From NCBI GenBank assembly GCA_030390025.1, contig CM059431.1:110486001-110550000 (forward strand): DNA of 64,000 nucleotides, in the 5' to 3' direction. The translations under genes and the position numbers were made by a program. Positions 23,709 to 36,497 of the stretch are shown piece after piece (position 1 is the stretch's first letter; each line of letters starts with the position of its first letter). The notes below the pieces were generated by a model. It did no database searches, was not told the origin of the DNA, and saw only the letters and a list, made by a program, of their open reading frames with translations. The DNA comes from Squalus acanthias (lineage: Eukaryota).

Positions 23709-26700
23709 TTAAGTAAATCTGGCCATGATGAGGCCATCCAGAGCCTCCCGGGCAGCAATGCGCGCCGCTGCTGGTGCCATCTCCACCTCAAGTTCCTCCT
23801 CCTCATCTTCCTCCTCCTCCTCTTCCTCTGAAGAGGCTGTGTGCTGTACACCATGCTCTCCCTGCAGTTCCAATCCTCGCTGCTGCACTATGTTATGCAG
23901 CACGCAGCAGGCGACAATGATTCTGGAGACCCTGGCTGGTGCGTACTGAAGGGCTCCTCCAGATCTGTCAAGGCATCTGAAGCGCATCTTTTAGCCTGCC
24001 TATTGCTTGTTCTATGGCACATCTGGTGGAGTTGTGGCTCTCATTATAACGCTCCTGGGCCTCAGTACTTGGCGTCCTCAGGGGTATCATAAGCCACGTC
24101 TTCAGTGGATAGCCCTTGTCTCCAAGCAGCCAGCCAGTAAGTGTGTTTGGAGGTGCAAAGAGCTGAGGAAGGGTGGACTGGTGCAGCATGAAAGAGTCAT
24201 GACAGCTGCCAGGGAATCTGGCGCACACATGCATGATGCTCTTTTTTGGTTGCAGATGAGCTGCACATTGAGGGAGTGGAAGCTTTTGCGGCTCACAAAC
24301 ACTCCTGGGTGATGATGAGGTGCCTTCATGGCCACATGTGTGCTGTCGCTGACGCCCTGCACCTGTGGGAAGTCAGCCAGAGCTACAAAGCCGAGCACCC
24401 GCTCAGTAACATAAGAACATAAGAAATAGGAGCAGGAGTAGGCCATTTGGCCCCTCGAGCCTGCTCCGCCATTCAATAAGATCATGGCTGATCTGATCTT
24501 GGTCTCAACTCCACTTCCCTGCCCGCTCCCCATAACCCTTGACTCCCTTATCGTTCAAAAATCTGTCCATCTCCACCTTAAATATATTCAATGACCCAGC
24601 CTCCACAGCTCTCTGGGGTAGAGAATTCCACAGATTCACGACCCTCTGAGAGAAGAAATTCCTCCTCATCTCCGTTTTAAATGGGCGACCACTATTCTGA
24701 AACTATGCCCCCTAGTTCTAGATTCTCCCACGAGGGGAAACATCCTCTCTGCATCTACCTTGTCAAGCCCCCTAAGCATTTTATATGTTTCAATAAGATT
24801 ACCTCTCATTCTTCTAAACTCCAATGAGTATAGGCCCAACCTGCTCAACCTTTCTTCATAAGACAATCCCTCCATCTCAGGAATCAAACTAGTGAACGTT
24901 CTCTGAACTGTCTCCAAGACCAAAACTGTACGCAGTACTCCAGGTGTGGTCTCACCAATATCTTGTACAGTTGTAACAGGACTTCCCTACTTTTATACTC
25001 CATCCCTCTTGCAACAAAGGCCAACATTCCATTTGCCTTCCTAATTACTTGCTGTACCTGCATGCTAACTTTTTGTGTTTCATGTACAAGGACCCCCAGA
25101 TCCCTCTGTACTGCAGCATTTTGTAATCTCTCTCCATTTAAATAATAATTTGCTTTTTTATTTTTCCTACCAAAGTGGATAACCTCACATTTTCCCACAT
25201 TATACTCCATCTGCCAAATTTTTACCCACTCACTTAGCCTATCTATATCCCTTTGGAGATTCTTTGTGTCCTCCTTACAATTTGCTTTCCCTCCTATCTT
25301 TGTATCATCAGCAAATTTGGCTACATTACACTTGGTCCCTTCATGCAAGTCATTAATATAGATTGTAAATAGTTGAGGCCCCAGCACCGATCCCTGTGGC
25401 ACCCCACTAGTTACAGTTTGCCAACCACAAAATTATCCATGTATCCCGACTCACTGTTTTCTGTTAGTTAGCCAATCCTCTATCCATGCTAATATATTAC
25501 CCCCAACACCTTGAGTTCTTATCTTGTGCAGTAACCTTTTATGTGGCACCTTATCGAATGCCTTCTGGAAATCCAAATACATTACATCTACTGGTTCCCC
25601 TTTATCCACACTGCTCATTACATCCTCAAAGAACTCCAGCAAATTTGTCAAACATGATTTCCCTTTCATAAAACCATGCTGACTCTGCTTGACTGTATTA
25701 TGATTTTCTAAATGTCCTGCTACTACTTCCTTAATAATAGACTCCAGCATTTTCCCAATGACAGATGTTAGGCTAACTGGTCTATAGTTTCCTGCTTTCT
25801 CTCTCCCTCCTTTCTTAAATAGGGGTATTACATTTGCGGTTTTCCAATCCGCTGGGACCTCTCCATAATCCAGGGAATTTTGGTAGATTGCAACCAATGC
25901 ATCCACTATCTCTGCAGCCACTTCTTTTAAGATCCTAGGATGCAGGCCATCAGGTCCAGGTGACTTGTCCACCTTTAGTCCCATTATTTTACCGAGTATT
26001 TTTTCTCTAGTGATAGTGATTGTTTTAAGTTGCCCCCTCCCTATAGCCTCTTGATTATCTATTATTGGGATGCTTTTAGTGTCTTCTACCGTGAAGACCG
26101 ATATAAAATATTTTTTCAAAGTCTTTGCCTTTTCCCTGTTTCCCATTATTAATTCCCAAGTCTCATCCTCTGAGGGACCAATGTTTACTTTAGCTCCTCT
26201 CTTCCTTTTTATATACCTGTAGAAGCTCTTACTGTTTGTTTTTATATTTCTTGCTACTGGCTTCATCAGTGGCAAAGTTGATATAATTGGTTGACTTGTG
26301 AAACATGGTATCGGTCACCTGGGTGATGCATCTGTGGGTGGCCGACTGCGAGATCCCGCAAATGTCCGCTGCAGATCCCTGGAAGGAGCCTGAGGCAAAG
26401 AAGTTGAGAGCTGTGATGACTTTGACAGCCACTGGTAAGGTGTGTTCACCCGCTCCTCTGGGCAGCAGGTCTTGTTCCAGCAAACTATAAATGTCTGCGA
26501 CAACCTGGCACTAATAGCCTGAGCCTCCTTTGGCACTGCTGCTCAGTCATGTTGAGGAAGCTCATCCTCTGTCTCTATACCCTGTGTTGGGGGTATTGCC
26601 TCTAGCGAGCTGCAGCCCTGTGGCGCCCCCCCCCCCCTCTCTCCTGTGGAGCATCAGGTCACTGAGGAGAAGGCTGCTGTTGTGGTTGCTGCAGCTGCTG

Positions 26701-26772
26701 GTGTTGTTGGTGGTTGGGCTCATCTTGGTCCAATTCTGAGGACCAAGGTGAGACAGTATAAGCGGCACCAAT
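23709..26772 (-). pseudogene. Harbinger DDE transposase (HARBI1-like), copy 1, split by CR1
   Basis: Motifs [79 protein letters not shown]. Frameshifts present; start inferred from copy 2. Confidence 0.9.
24411..26255 (-). mobile_element. 5'-truncated CR1 family A inserted in the Harbinger transposase
   Basis: ORFs 25451..26275, 24884..25402 and 24666..24923 encode CR1 RT. Transposase sequence GATGAAG...GTTACTGAGCGG resumes on both sides. Confidence 0.93.
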
Positions 26773-27627
26773 GCTGACATAGTAGATGGCAGGTAAAGTG
26801 GAGATCAGAGGGCCAATCCCTCAATGTTGTGATAGTGAGTAGCAATGTGGTGAGAGTGGCTTCCGAGGTTTCAGAAATGACCTGCAAACTGCAGACGCAC
26901 AAATCTGTGGACAAAATGGAGTGAGCAAGAGCCTTTCCATGAGACAAGTAATGAGATGTAATGTTGAAGTATTTATGTGCTTTTCCCAGCTGTCAATGAA
27001 TGAACTCGCCAATGTCCACTGAGCTTCTGCCTCCCTTTCACAGGCGAGGTACCCGACCTCCGTGAATCCCATGCTCCTGCGGTAAAACTCAAAAGCTGGC
27101 CTTAAAATCCCTCTTAAGGGTCTCTCAACAAGCATTTAATCATTTCAATGAGGTCGCCCGCCTCTGCCAATCGGGTCCGTGTTGCGCTTTCAAAGCCTCC
27201 CGAGTTGAATGTGCGAGGCGGCGGGATGACGACGGGTTCCCGACGCGCTTGCTATTTCCAGCATTTTTACTGCCGACCCGCCCCCAAATCCGCAAGCACG
27301 GCAACGGGAAAATTCTGGCCACAGAGTCTTGAATCTTACATTTACTGATTACCTTTATCAAATCAGGTTGACATTTTGATGCCTGAAAACTGAATGGAAC
27401 TGAAACGTGAGTAGGATCCAGGTGGCTAGTGGTTTAAGCTACAAGACATGATATAAACACAAAATGCACAACATTTATCGATCCAACGCCTTGTAGTGGA
27501 ATCATTTATGCATTTGAAACAAATTCTGTGCTTTTGTTCCTCTGAAATAGAATTAAGCACTCGTTGCTTGAGAATTTACAGTGCATAAGGAACATTTTTA
27601 ATTAAATGTTTATATTGCTCTGTAAAT

Positions 27628-28430
27628 TATTTTTTTTAATTCACTTATGGGATCTGGGCGTCGCTGGCAAGGCCAGCATTTATTGCCCATCCCAAGTTGC
27701 CCTCGAGAAGATGGTGGTGAGCCGTCTTCTTGAACCGCTGCAGTCCGTGTGGTGAAGGTACTCCCACAGTGCTGTTAGGGAGGGAGATGCAGGATTTTGA
27801 CCCAGTGACGATGAAGGATCGGCGATATACTTCTAAGTCAGGATGGTGTGTGACTTGGAGGGGAACTTGGAGGTGGTGGTGTTCCCATGCGCCTGCTGCC
27901 CTTGTCCTTCTAGGTGGAAGAGGTCGCGGGTTTGGGAGGTGCTGCCGAAGAAGCTGCAGGGCATCTTGTAGATGGTACACACTGCAGCCACAGTACGCCG
28001 GTGGTGGATGGGGTGCCAATCAAATGGGCTGCTTTGTCCTGGATGGTGTCGAGCTTCTTGAGTGTTGTTGCAGCTGCACTCATCCAGGCAAGTGGAGAGT
28101 ATTCCATCACACTCCTTACTTGTGCCTTGTAGATGGTGGAAAGGCTTTGGGGAGTCAGGAGGTGAGACACTTGCCGCAGAATACCTAGCCTCCGACCTGC
28201 TCTTGTTGCCACAGTATTTATGTGGCTGGTCCAATTAAGTTTCTGGTCAATGGTGACCCCCCAGGATGTTGATGGTGGGGGATTCGGTGATGGTAATGCC
28301 GTTGAATGTCAAGGGGAGGTGGTTAGACTCTCGCTTGTTGGGGATAGTCATTGCCTGGCACTTGTGTGGCGCGAATGTTACTTGCCCCTTATCAGCCCAA
28401 GCCTGAACGTCGTCCAGGTCTTGTTGCAAC
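27628..28430 (-). mobile_element. LINE family B 3' fragment
   Basis: Reverse complement of ~8790-9615 (QQDLDDVQAWADK, IYKAQVRSVMEY). Confidence 0.9.
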
Positions 28431-28949
28431 GAGTGCTCAAGTGAGCGTATTAGTGCTGGGAAATGGACCACTTGTGCACTTTCAGCACCTACTGTCCACC
28501 TCCAATTCCCAGGTCATGTATAGCTCAGGTCGAGGGCAAACTAATGAACCCTGCCCTCAGAATCTAGCAATGCACCAGTGTGGCATTTCCATTTCCCATG
28601 TAAGCTACCTTTTCTGAAATAGTAAGCCCATGATTTGGATCAGGATTCTCCAGAAATTGAGTTCAGACTGGAGCAGGTTAATTTCACACGGAACAAGCGA
28701 GGATAACAACCCTTCAGTCTGAACTGGATATTTTAGGTAATATCTAGGTTGAAGTTTGCTGACAGATTCATGGCAATGCAGTATGAAGTGCATTGTGACA
28801 ACAAATATCAACAGAGGGTTGGGGCTGTTGGTTATTTCAGCCCCTGTTGTTTAACAGTTTTATAAGTGACTCAAGGACACCAGGCTAACACTTGCTCTGA
28901 ATGTGAAAGGTAGCATCGGAGAACAATCAAAATTGCATGAGGTTGTGTT

Positions 28950-29168
28950 AGGTTTATAAGATAATGAAGGGAATAGATTGTGTTCCAGTTGACAGCTTAT
29001 TTCAATTAAATAGGTTAGTGAGGACCAGGGGTCACAAATTTAAGTTGCATAAGGCCAAATCTAGGTTAGATGTCAGGAGGTGGTTCTTTTCCCAGAGAAT
29101 AGTGGACCTCTGGAACAGGCTGCCATCTCGTGCGGTGAATTCACTTAATTCCTGGACCTGTTTCTGGT
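28950..29168 (+). mobile_element. Diverged CR1 3' fragment
   Basis: ORF 28964..29176: RTRGHKFKL...RRWFFSQRIVDLWNRLP. Confidence 0.75.
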
Positions 29169-31601
29169 TGGTTTAAACTAATTTGGCAGGGGGATGGGCA
29201 CCAGGATGTCACATTAGAAAGGAGAAACAAAGTGCACAAAGGATTGGGAGAGACAGATAGCACTAGAGTAAGGAATAGTAAGGTATTAAGTGGGGTCAGA
29301 CTAAGAGAGAATACAAGGAGGTCTAAGATAGGTTTACAGTGCATGTGTGTAAACGCACGAAGCGTGGCAAATAAGGTTGGTGAGCTGCAGGCGCAAATAG
29401 CCACATGGGAATATGATGTTGTGGCGATAACAGAGACCTGGCTCAAAAAAGGGCAGGATTGGGTATTAAATATTCCTGGATATAAGGTGTTCAGGAAAGA
29501 TAGGGAAGGAAAGAAAGTTGGTGGGGTGGCAGTATTGGTTAAGGAGAATGTTACAGTGCTGGAGAGAGAGGATGTCCTGGAGGAGTCAAGGACAGAATCT
29601 ATTTGGTTAGAGTTAAGAAATAAGAGGTGCCATTACACTACTAGGTGTATTCTATAGGCCACCAACTAGTGGGAAGGATATAGAGGAGCAAATTTGCAGG
29701 GAAATTACAGAGAGGTGCAAGAACTATAGATTAGTGATAATGGGGGACTTTACCTATCCTAATAGAGACTGGGATAATAATAGTGTAAAGGGCAGAGAGG
29801 GGGAAGAATTTCTGAAGTGTGTTCAGGAGAACTTTCTTGATCAGTACGTTTCTAGCCCAACGAGGAAGGAGGCATTGCTGGATCTGGTTCTGGGGAATGA
29901 GGTGGGTCAAGTGGAGCAAGTGTCAGTGGGGGAACATTTAGGGAACAGTGATCACAGTATCATAAGGTTTAGATTAGCTATGAAAAAGGACAGGGAGCAA
30001 TCTAGAGTAAAAATACTTAATTGAAGGAAGGCCAATTTCAGTGGGTTGAGAACGGATCTGACCTGGGTAAATTGGAATCAAAGATTGGCAGGCAAAATTG
30101 TAATCGAACAATGGGATGCCTTTAAAGAGGAGATGGTTCATGTACAGCTGAGGTACATTCCCAGAAGGGGGAAAGGTAGGGCAACTAAAGTCAGAGCTCC
30201 CTGGATGACAAAAGAGATAGAGAGTAAGGTGAAGCAGAAAAAGAGCGTGTATAACAGATGTCAGGTTGAGAATACAAGTGAGAATAAGGCTGAATATAGA
30301 AAGTTCAGAGGGGAAGTGAAAAAGAAAATAAGAGGGGCAAAGAGAGAGTATGAGAATAGATTGGCAGCTAACATAAAAGGGAATTCAAAAGTCTTCTATA
30401 GGCATATAATTAGTAAACGGGTAGTAAGACGAGGGGTGGTGCTGATTATGGACCAAAATGGAGACCTACACATAGAGGCAGAGGGTGTGGCTGAGGTGCT
30501 AAATGAGTATTTTGCATCTGTCTTCACCAAGGAAGAAGATGCTGCCAAAGTCATAGTGAAAGAGGAGGTCGTGGAGATACTGGATGGAATAAAAATTGAT
30601 AAAGAGGAGGTACTAGAAAGGCTGGCTGTACTTAAAGTAGATAAGTCATCAGAACTGGATGGGATGCATCCTAGGATGCTGAGGGAAGTTAAGGTGGAAA
30701 TCGCGGAGGTACTGGCCATAATCTTCCAATCCTTTTTAGATATAGGGGTGGTGCCAGAGGACTGGAGAATTGCAAATGTTACACCCTTGTTCAAAAAAGG
30801 GTGTAAGGATAAACGCAGCAACTAAACGCCAGTCAGTTTAACCTCGGTAGTGGGGAAGCTTTTAGAAACAATAATCACGAACAAAATTAACGGTCAGTTG
30901 GACAAGTGTGGATTAATTAAAGAAAGCCAGCACGGATTTGTTAACGGCAAATCGTGTTTAACTAACTTGATTGAGTTTTTTGATGAGTTAACAGAGAGGG
31001 TTGATGAGGGCAATGCAGTTGACGTGGTGTACATGAACTTCCAAAAGGCGTTTGATAAAGTGCCACATAATAGGCTTGCCAGCAAAGTTGAAGCCCATGG
31101 AATAAAAGGAACAGTGCCAGCATGGATACGAAATTGGCTAAGTGACAGGAAACAGAGAGTAGCAGTGAACGGTTGTTTTTCGGACTGGAGGAAGGTATAC
31201 AGTGGTGTTCCCCAAGGGTCGGTACTAGGACCACTGCTTTTCTTGATATAAATTATGACTTGGACTTGGGTGTACAGGGCACTATTTCAAAATTTGCAGA
31301 TGACACAAAACTTGGAAGTATAGTGAACAGTGAGGGGATTAGTGATAGACTTTAAGAAGACATAAACAGGCTGGTGAAATGGGCGGACACGTGGCAGATG
31401 AAATTTAACGCAGAGAAGTGTGAAGTGATACATTTTGGTAGGAAGAATGAGGAGAGGCAATATAAACTAAAGGGTACAATTCTAAAGGGGGTGCATGAAC
31501 AGAGAGACCTGGGGGTATATGTGCACAAATCGTTGAAGGTGGCACGGCAGGTTGAGAAAGCGGTTAAAAAAGCATACGGGATCCTGGGCTTCATAAATAG
31601 A

Positions 31602-31815
31602 TGTGAGAAGTCGCACAACACCAGGTTATAGTCCAACAGCTTTATTTGAAATCATAAGCTTTCGGAGCGCTGCTCCTTCATCAGGTGACTTCACCTGACC
31701 AAGGAGCAGCGCCCCGAAAGCTTGTGATTTCAAATAAAGCTGTTGGACTATAACCTGGTGTTGTGTGACTTCTCACATTTGTCCACCCCAGTCCAACACC
31801 GGCATCTCCACATCA
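31602..31815. mobile_element. Inverted Penelope-like insertion, family P2, with two opposed hammerhead motifs
   Basis: ~88-bp inverted arms plus tail TTTGTCCACCCCAGTCCAACACCGGCATCTCCACATCA. TSD TTCATAAATAGA / TTCATAAAAAGA. Confidence 0.75.
31652..31688 (-). ncRNA. Minimal type I hammerhead-ribozyme motif
   Basis: Minus strand reads TCAC-CTGATGA-A-GGAGC(AGC)GCTCC-GAA-AGCT-T-ATGA. The plus-strand mirror copy (31691-31727) has CTGACCA and stem I TCAC/GTGA. Confidence 0.65.
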
Positions 31816-32442
31816 TTCATAAAAAGAGGCATAGATTACAAAAGCAAGGAAGTTATGATGAACCTTTATAAAACACTGGTTCGGCCTCAACTGGAGTATT
31901 GTGTCCAATTCTGGGCACCGCACTTTAGGAAGGATGTGAAGGCCTTAGAGAGGGTGCAGAAAAGATTTACGAGAATGGTTCCAGGGATGAGGGACTTCAG
32001 TTACGTGGATAGACTGGAGAAGCTGGGGTTGTTCTCCTTAGAGCAGAGAAGGTTGAGAGGAGATTTGATAGAGGTGTTCAAAATCATGATGGGTCTAGAC
32101 AGAGTAGATAGAGAGAAACTGCTCCCATTGGTGGAAGGTCAAGAACCAGAGGACACAGATTTAAGGTGATTGGCAGAAGAACCAAAGGCGGCATGAGGAA
32201 AAGCTTTTTTACTCAGAGTGTGGTTAGGATCTGGAATGCACTGCCTGAGAGGGTGCTGGAGGCAGACTCAAGCGTGGTTTTCAAAAGGGAGTTGGATAAG
32301 TACCTGAAGGAAAAAATTTGGAGGGCTACGGGGAAAGGGCGGGTGAGTGGGACTAGCTGAAGTGCTCTTGCAGAGAGCCGGCACGGGCTCGATGGGCCAA
32401 ATGGCCTCCTTCTGCGCTGTAACCATTCTATGATTCTATGAT

Positions 32443-32756
32443 TGTACGGCTGGGGCGGAGATCATCTCTTACAGAAGGCAGGTACTGCAGGGAATTCCGG
32501 GTCAGAGTGATCTCCCGGACTAGTTTCGATCGCCTCGATGGGTCAGGGAGGAATTTCCCAGATTTTTCCCCCCCCCCCAAATTGGCCTGGGTTTTTTTAT
32601 CTGGTTTATTTGCCTCTCCCAGGAGATCACTTGGATTCAGGTGGGGTGGAGAGTGTATGTTGTGATACATAAGGTGTATCAGGATACAAATTGTGTGGGA
32701 CAGACTCGATGGACCAGAGGGTCTTTACCTGCCTGTCATCATTCGTACGTTCGTAA
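32443..32756 (+). mobile_element. Probable LINE 3' UTR fragment of another CR1-type family
   Basis: Ends GACAGACTCGATGGACCAGAGGGTCTTTACCTG...TTCGTACGTTCGTA, resembling a CR1 hairpin plus short tandem tail. Confidence 0.4.
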
Positions 32757-34080
32757 CTCGGGGGCTAAGTGAAGCAGCCTATAAGTTGGACAAATGCAAA
32801 TGTTGCATTTTGCTTAAAACACTTTAAGGTGACAAGGATTATCCTGGAAAGTATGACACTGCTTTAACATTAGAATTTTGCAGATGAAAAATTTTCTCTA
32901 GGGCACTGCTCCTTCATTTAAAAAAAAAAGCTCTTGATTATAGGGCTGCTGAATTTTCCTTTCTGTTTTATTTTCATGTTTCATTTTATGTTATGATATG
33001 GATCTTCACTCGGCTGTCACGATAACACGTGATGGTTAGCGTCCAGGGATTTCATTATAAAGAGGGTGGATTGTATGCTGTTGGGCAAGGGAAGCAGACT
33101 CGGTCCTTTTTATCCAAGCTGCTAATTGAACATTTATGGACTGTAAAGCTACAAATAAATATCTAAGAATAGATAGAAGAGAAAAGAGAGATGGGGCTTC
33201 CCGGCCGCAGTGGAAGGACCGGTTAACTGACCTTTGAGTAACAATTGGTATTACACACTGGCACCGTGCATAGGAGAATAATCGATGTCCATAAAGCATT
33301 GGATCCAGCAATGGTTTGTTATAAGCCTTTACTGCTTCTATTTTTATTAGTTATCGTTGGTTGTTTCATTTATGTTAGCTTTATTTGCTTTAAGGTGCAG
33401 TAACTTGAATACCATAAAAAAAAGCATATTTTAGTGACTAAAAATGATTGTCAGCTAGCCGGTTATGGGTACAGTTTAGCAGGGATTACTGTAACACAGC
33501 ATGGAACAAATACTTGCATTTCGTTGGGCACTGCAAGAATGTTTGCAAGAAGGTCAGATCATTAAAAAAGGAATGAAAATAGAAATCTGTACATATGCAT
33601 GCATTTGGCATTGTAATCTTTCAGTGAAAGTTGGATTATGAAATAGAAAACCGAAGTATGAAATTGAAATTGCAACATTTGAGTCACATTATCATGTCAT
33701 TAAATTCAATGAATGTAAGGTTTGCACCTCCTCTATCCTTCCCAGAAGACCATTCCAAGTGTTGAAGCTCTTCACAAAACGAGTGCTCCTGACAATCTGT
33801 GCTAAATTGTTCTTTCGCCAGTTTTAACCTATGCCACCTTGTTCTGTTAACCTGCCATTCTTTCAAGCAGTGCTCTGTATTTATCTTGTCTATACAGTGT
33901 AATATCTTGTATGCTTCTAAAAGGTCCCCTCTTCGTCACCCCTTTTTAAGGGGAAGATCCCTGCTTGCCCAGTCTTCCCTCGCTACTCAAACTAAGGATC
34001 AGTTTTGTGCCATCTCCATGACTTGGATGCTTCCTCTGTGTCTCGATAACCAAGACTGAATGCACTACTAAATACATGAA

Positions 34081-35016
34081 CAAAAGCTAAATACTGCGGA
34101 TGCTGGAAATCTGAAATAAAAACAGAAAAGACGAAAGGTCTTCAACCTGAAACGTTGGGGGTGATTTTATCAATGGGGAGGTGATGGAGGCGGGAAAGCT
34201 GCTTGTCGGGTTTTAGTCCCGCCTCCATCGACGTCTGGCCAACCCACGCTATTTTTCCTTGATTGGCCTTGTTAAGCCCGCCTAGCAGGCTGAGCCGGCC
34301 AATTAAGGGAATGCCGGTGACAAATGACGTCAGCTCTGTGAAGCTGTCAAACACTGACAATCTGTCTTCTAAGTTGAGACCTTGGACACAGGCTCACTTA
34401 GAAAGCTTTCCTGAGCAGAAAGCAGAAGGCTGCTGCATTTAAGAATGCAACGGTCATTCTGCTTTCTCTGCCGGTGAGATGAGGCAGCTCCGCAGCCTAA
34501 AGGGATGAAGCCTGGAGGAAGAAGCAAAGGTAAGTAATCTTATTAAAACACTTTAGACTCACCTCACACACTTACCTCTCCACACTTGCACTCATCACTC
34601 ACCTGCACACCGGACATTTCAGCCCCTCCGACCCCCGCAGACCCACGGCTCGCCTCGCTGACCCTGGCGAGGTTCGGAGCCGTCGGGAAGCCCACACTTT
34701 AGGTCTCAAAATAGGGATTAGCCAAAAAACTGCCTGTTAACTACCTGTTAACAGGCAGTTAATTGGCACTAATACCCTTCCCGCCTCGAGGAGACAGGAC
34801 CCAGCGCGGGTCGGGTACCTGCCTCCTGGGAAGATGGCACGGAGGCGGGTTGGGGGCAGGATGGGTACCCGCTCCCAGATTCTGCCATTTTTCTGGCAGT
34901 CCCGCCTCCATACCCGCCTCCCCAGGGCTGGGAAAATCGCCCCCTACAACTCTGTTCCTCTCTCCACAGATGCTGCCTGACCTGCTGAGTATATCCATCA
35001 TTTTCTGTTTTTATTT
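34081..35016. mobile_element. Inverted Penelope-like P1 insertion split by a MITE
   Basis: P1 sequence at 34081-34156 (ends GACGAAAGGTCTTCAACCTGAAACGTT) resumes at ~34948 (AACTCTGTTCCTCTCTCCACAGATGCTGCC). Confidence 0.65.
34157..34944. mobile_element. Harbinger-like MITE, same family as 40250-41079
   Basis: TIR GGGGGTGATTTT / AAAATCGCCCCC. Colinear similarity to 40250-41079. Confidence 0.7.
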
Positions 35017-35384
35017 TATACTAAATATATGGTTTGACTAAGGCAGTGTACAGTTTGAACATGACATTCTCCAACTTGTACTTCACCGATCTAGCAGTAC
35101 AATGAAACATTCTCTTATCTTTGTTTATTGCTGCTCATTTCCAGAGCTTAAATCTAATTCCCTGTAAATGCAGTTTGGGAAGTGACCCCTCGTCAACAAT
35201 GAGCAGTGCCCACGGAATCAGGTCAGCTGGCTTCAGTGCACTCGGTATAAGCAGCGTGAGTATGGAAGGCTGGCTGCAGCCCTATGCCCAACATTTAGCC
35301 CATCTGAAAGGAGGTGTAGATGGCATTTGAGTAGTTTCAGCAGCCAAGGTTTGTGGCTGAGAATACATGCAACAGTTGTGTGAG

Positions 35385-36112
35385 TCCCTGATTCCCTTCA
35401 CTCCACCATTGGCGGCCGCGTCTTCATTTGCCTAGGCCCTAAGCTCTGGAATTCCCTCCCTGAACTTCTCTGCCTCGCTCGCCTCCTTTAAGACGCTCCT
35501 TAAAACCTACCTCTTTGACCAAGCTTTTGGTCACCTATCACCATGTCAACTGTGGCTCAGTTGGTAGCACACTTGCCTCTGAGTCAGAAGGTTGTGGGTT
35601 CAAGTCCCACTCCAGGGACTTAGGTACATAAAGCTAGGCTGACACTCCAGTGCTGCACTGTCGGAGGTGCCGTCTTTTGGATGAGACGTTAAACCGAGGC
35701 CCCGTCTGCTCTCTCGGGTGGATGTAAAAGATCCCATGGCACTATTTCGAAGAAGAGCAGGGGAGTTATCCCCGGTGTCCTGGCCAATATTTATCCCCCA
35801 ACCAACATAACAAAAACAGATTACCTGGTCATTATCACATTGCTGTTTGTGGGACCTTGCTGTGCGCAAATTGGCTGCCGTGTTTCCCACATTACAACAG
35901 TGACTACAGTTCAAAATGCACTTCATTGGCTGTAAAGCACTTTGAGATGTCTGGTGGTCGTGAAAGGCGCTATATAAATGCAAGTCTTTCTTTCTTTTAA
36001 TATCTCTTTATATGGCTCGGTGTCAAATTTTGTCTGATAACACTCCTTGATAGCGCCTTGGGAGGCTTGACTACGTTAAAGGTGCTATATAAATGCAAGT
36101 TCTTGTTGTTGA
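35385..36112 (+). mobile_element. L2 3' end interrupted by a SINE
   Basis: CTCTGGAATTCCCTCCC...CTTAAAACCTACCTCTTTGACCAAGCTTTTGGTCACC resumes at ~35998 and ends TATATAAATGCAAGTTCTTGTTGTTG. Confidence 0.8.
35545..35996 (+). mobile_element. Near full-length tRNA-derived DeuSINE (SacSINE1-like)
   Basis: A box TGGCTCAGTTGG and B box GGTTCAAGTCC. Deu-type core (GATGAGACGTTAAACCGAGGCCCCGTCTG, ATCCCATGGCACTATTTCGAAGAAGAGCAGGGG, TCCTGGCCAATATTTATCC). L2-like tail with (TCTT)n. Confidence 0.85.
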
Positions 36113-36497
36113 GTGAAAGAAAGCCTTGGCCTTCACCTGGCACCAAGTTGGAGCTGCAGCGTTGGTGCCGGAGCATTGCTGATGTGGAAACGTCCTGTGA
36201 GCCGAGCACTTGTGACAAGCACAGTAAAGACATTCCTTTTTTTCCCCCGTGGACAGCATTTATTGAAGTCTACCTTCGCACTCTTCCTCAGCTCTGATAA
36301 CTTTTTGCACATTAGCACCTTGGACCGACGAATGTGGGAAGCTGCATTTACTCTGCCACCTCCTGCCGTGCCCGCGGCACAGTCACTCTATTAGGAGGGT
36401 TCCCCTCTGCCGCAAAACCACTACTTCTCCGAGCACCGTCTATTCCAGTGAAGGGGGCAGTTCTTGCAACTGTTCCGGCCAACTTCATTTCAGATTC

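Larger units (their letters stand above)
19830..27320. mobile_element. PIF/Harbinger DNA transposon copy 1 with nested Penelope-like, L2 and CR1 insertions
   Basis: TIR GGCCGGAATTTT (19830) / AAAATTCTGGCC (27309-27320). 3-bp TSD ACA on both sides. Encodes a DDE transposase (-) and a Myb/SANT-like protein (+). Confidence 0.93.
29170..32442 (+). mobile_element. CR1 LINE with near-complete but degraded ORF2, interrupted by a Penelope-like insert
   Basis: APE motifs (NARSVANK, AITETW, MGDF, SDH) and RT motifs (FQKAFDKV, GVPQGSVLGP, FADD) across ORFs 29232-32360. (TTCTATGA)n tail at ~32426-32442. Confidence 0.93.

Noticed and set aside
31602..31780. Long hairpins as possible miRNA precursors or cut-and-paste MITEs
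   Set aside because: An asymmetric tail, 12-14 bp TSDs and hammerhead motifs fit Penelope-like retroinsertions better.
35545..35615. tRNA-like A/B boxes (also ~53830-53885 and ~63345-63410)
   Set aside because: They continue into SINE bodies and lack a proper acceptor stem; these are SINE heads, not tRNA genes.
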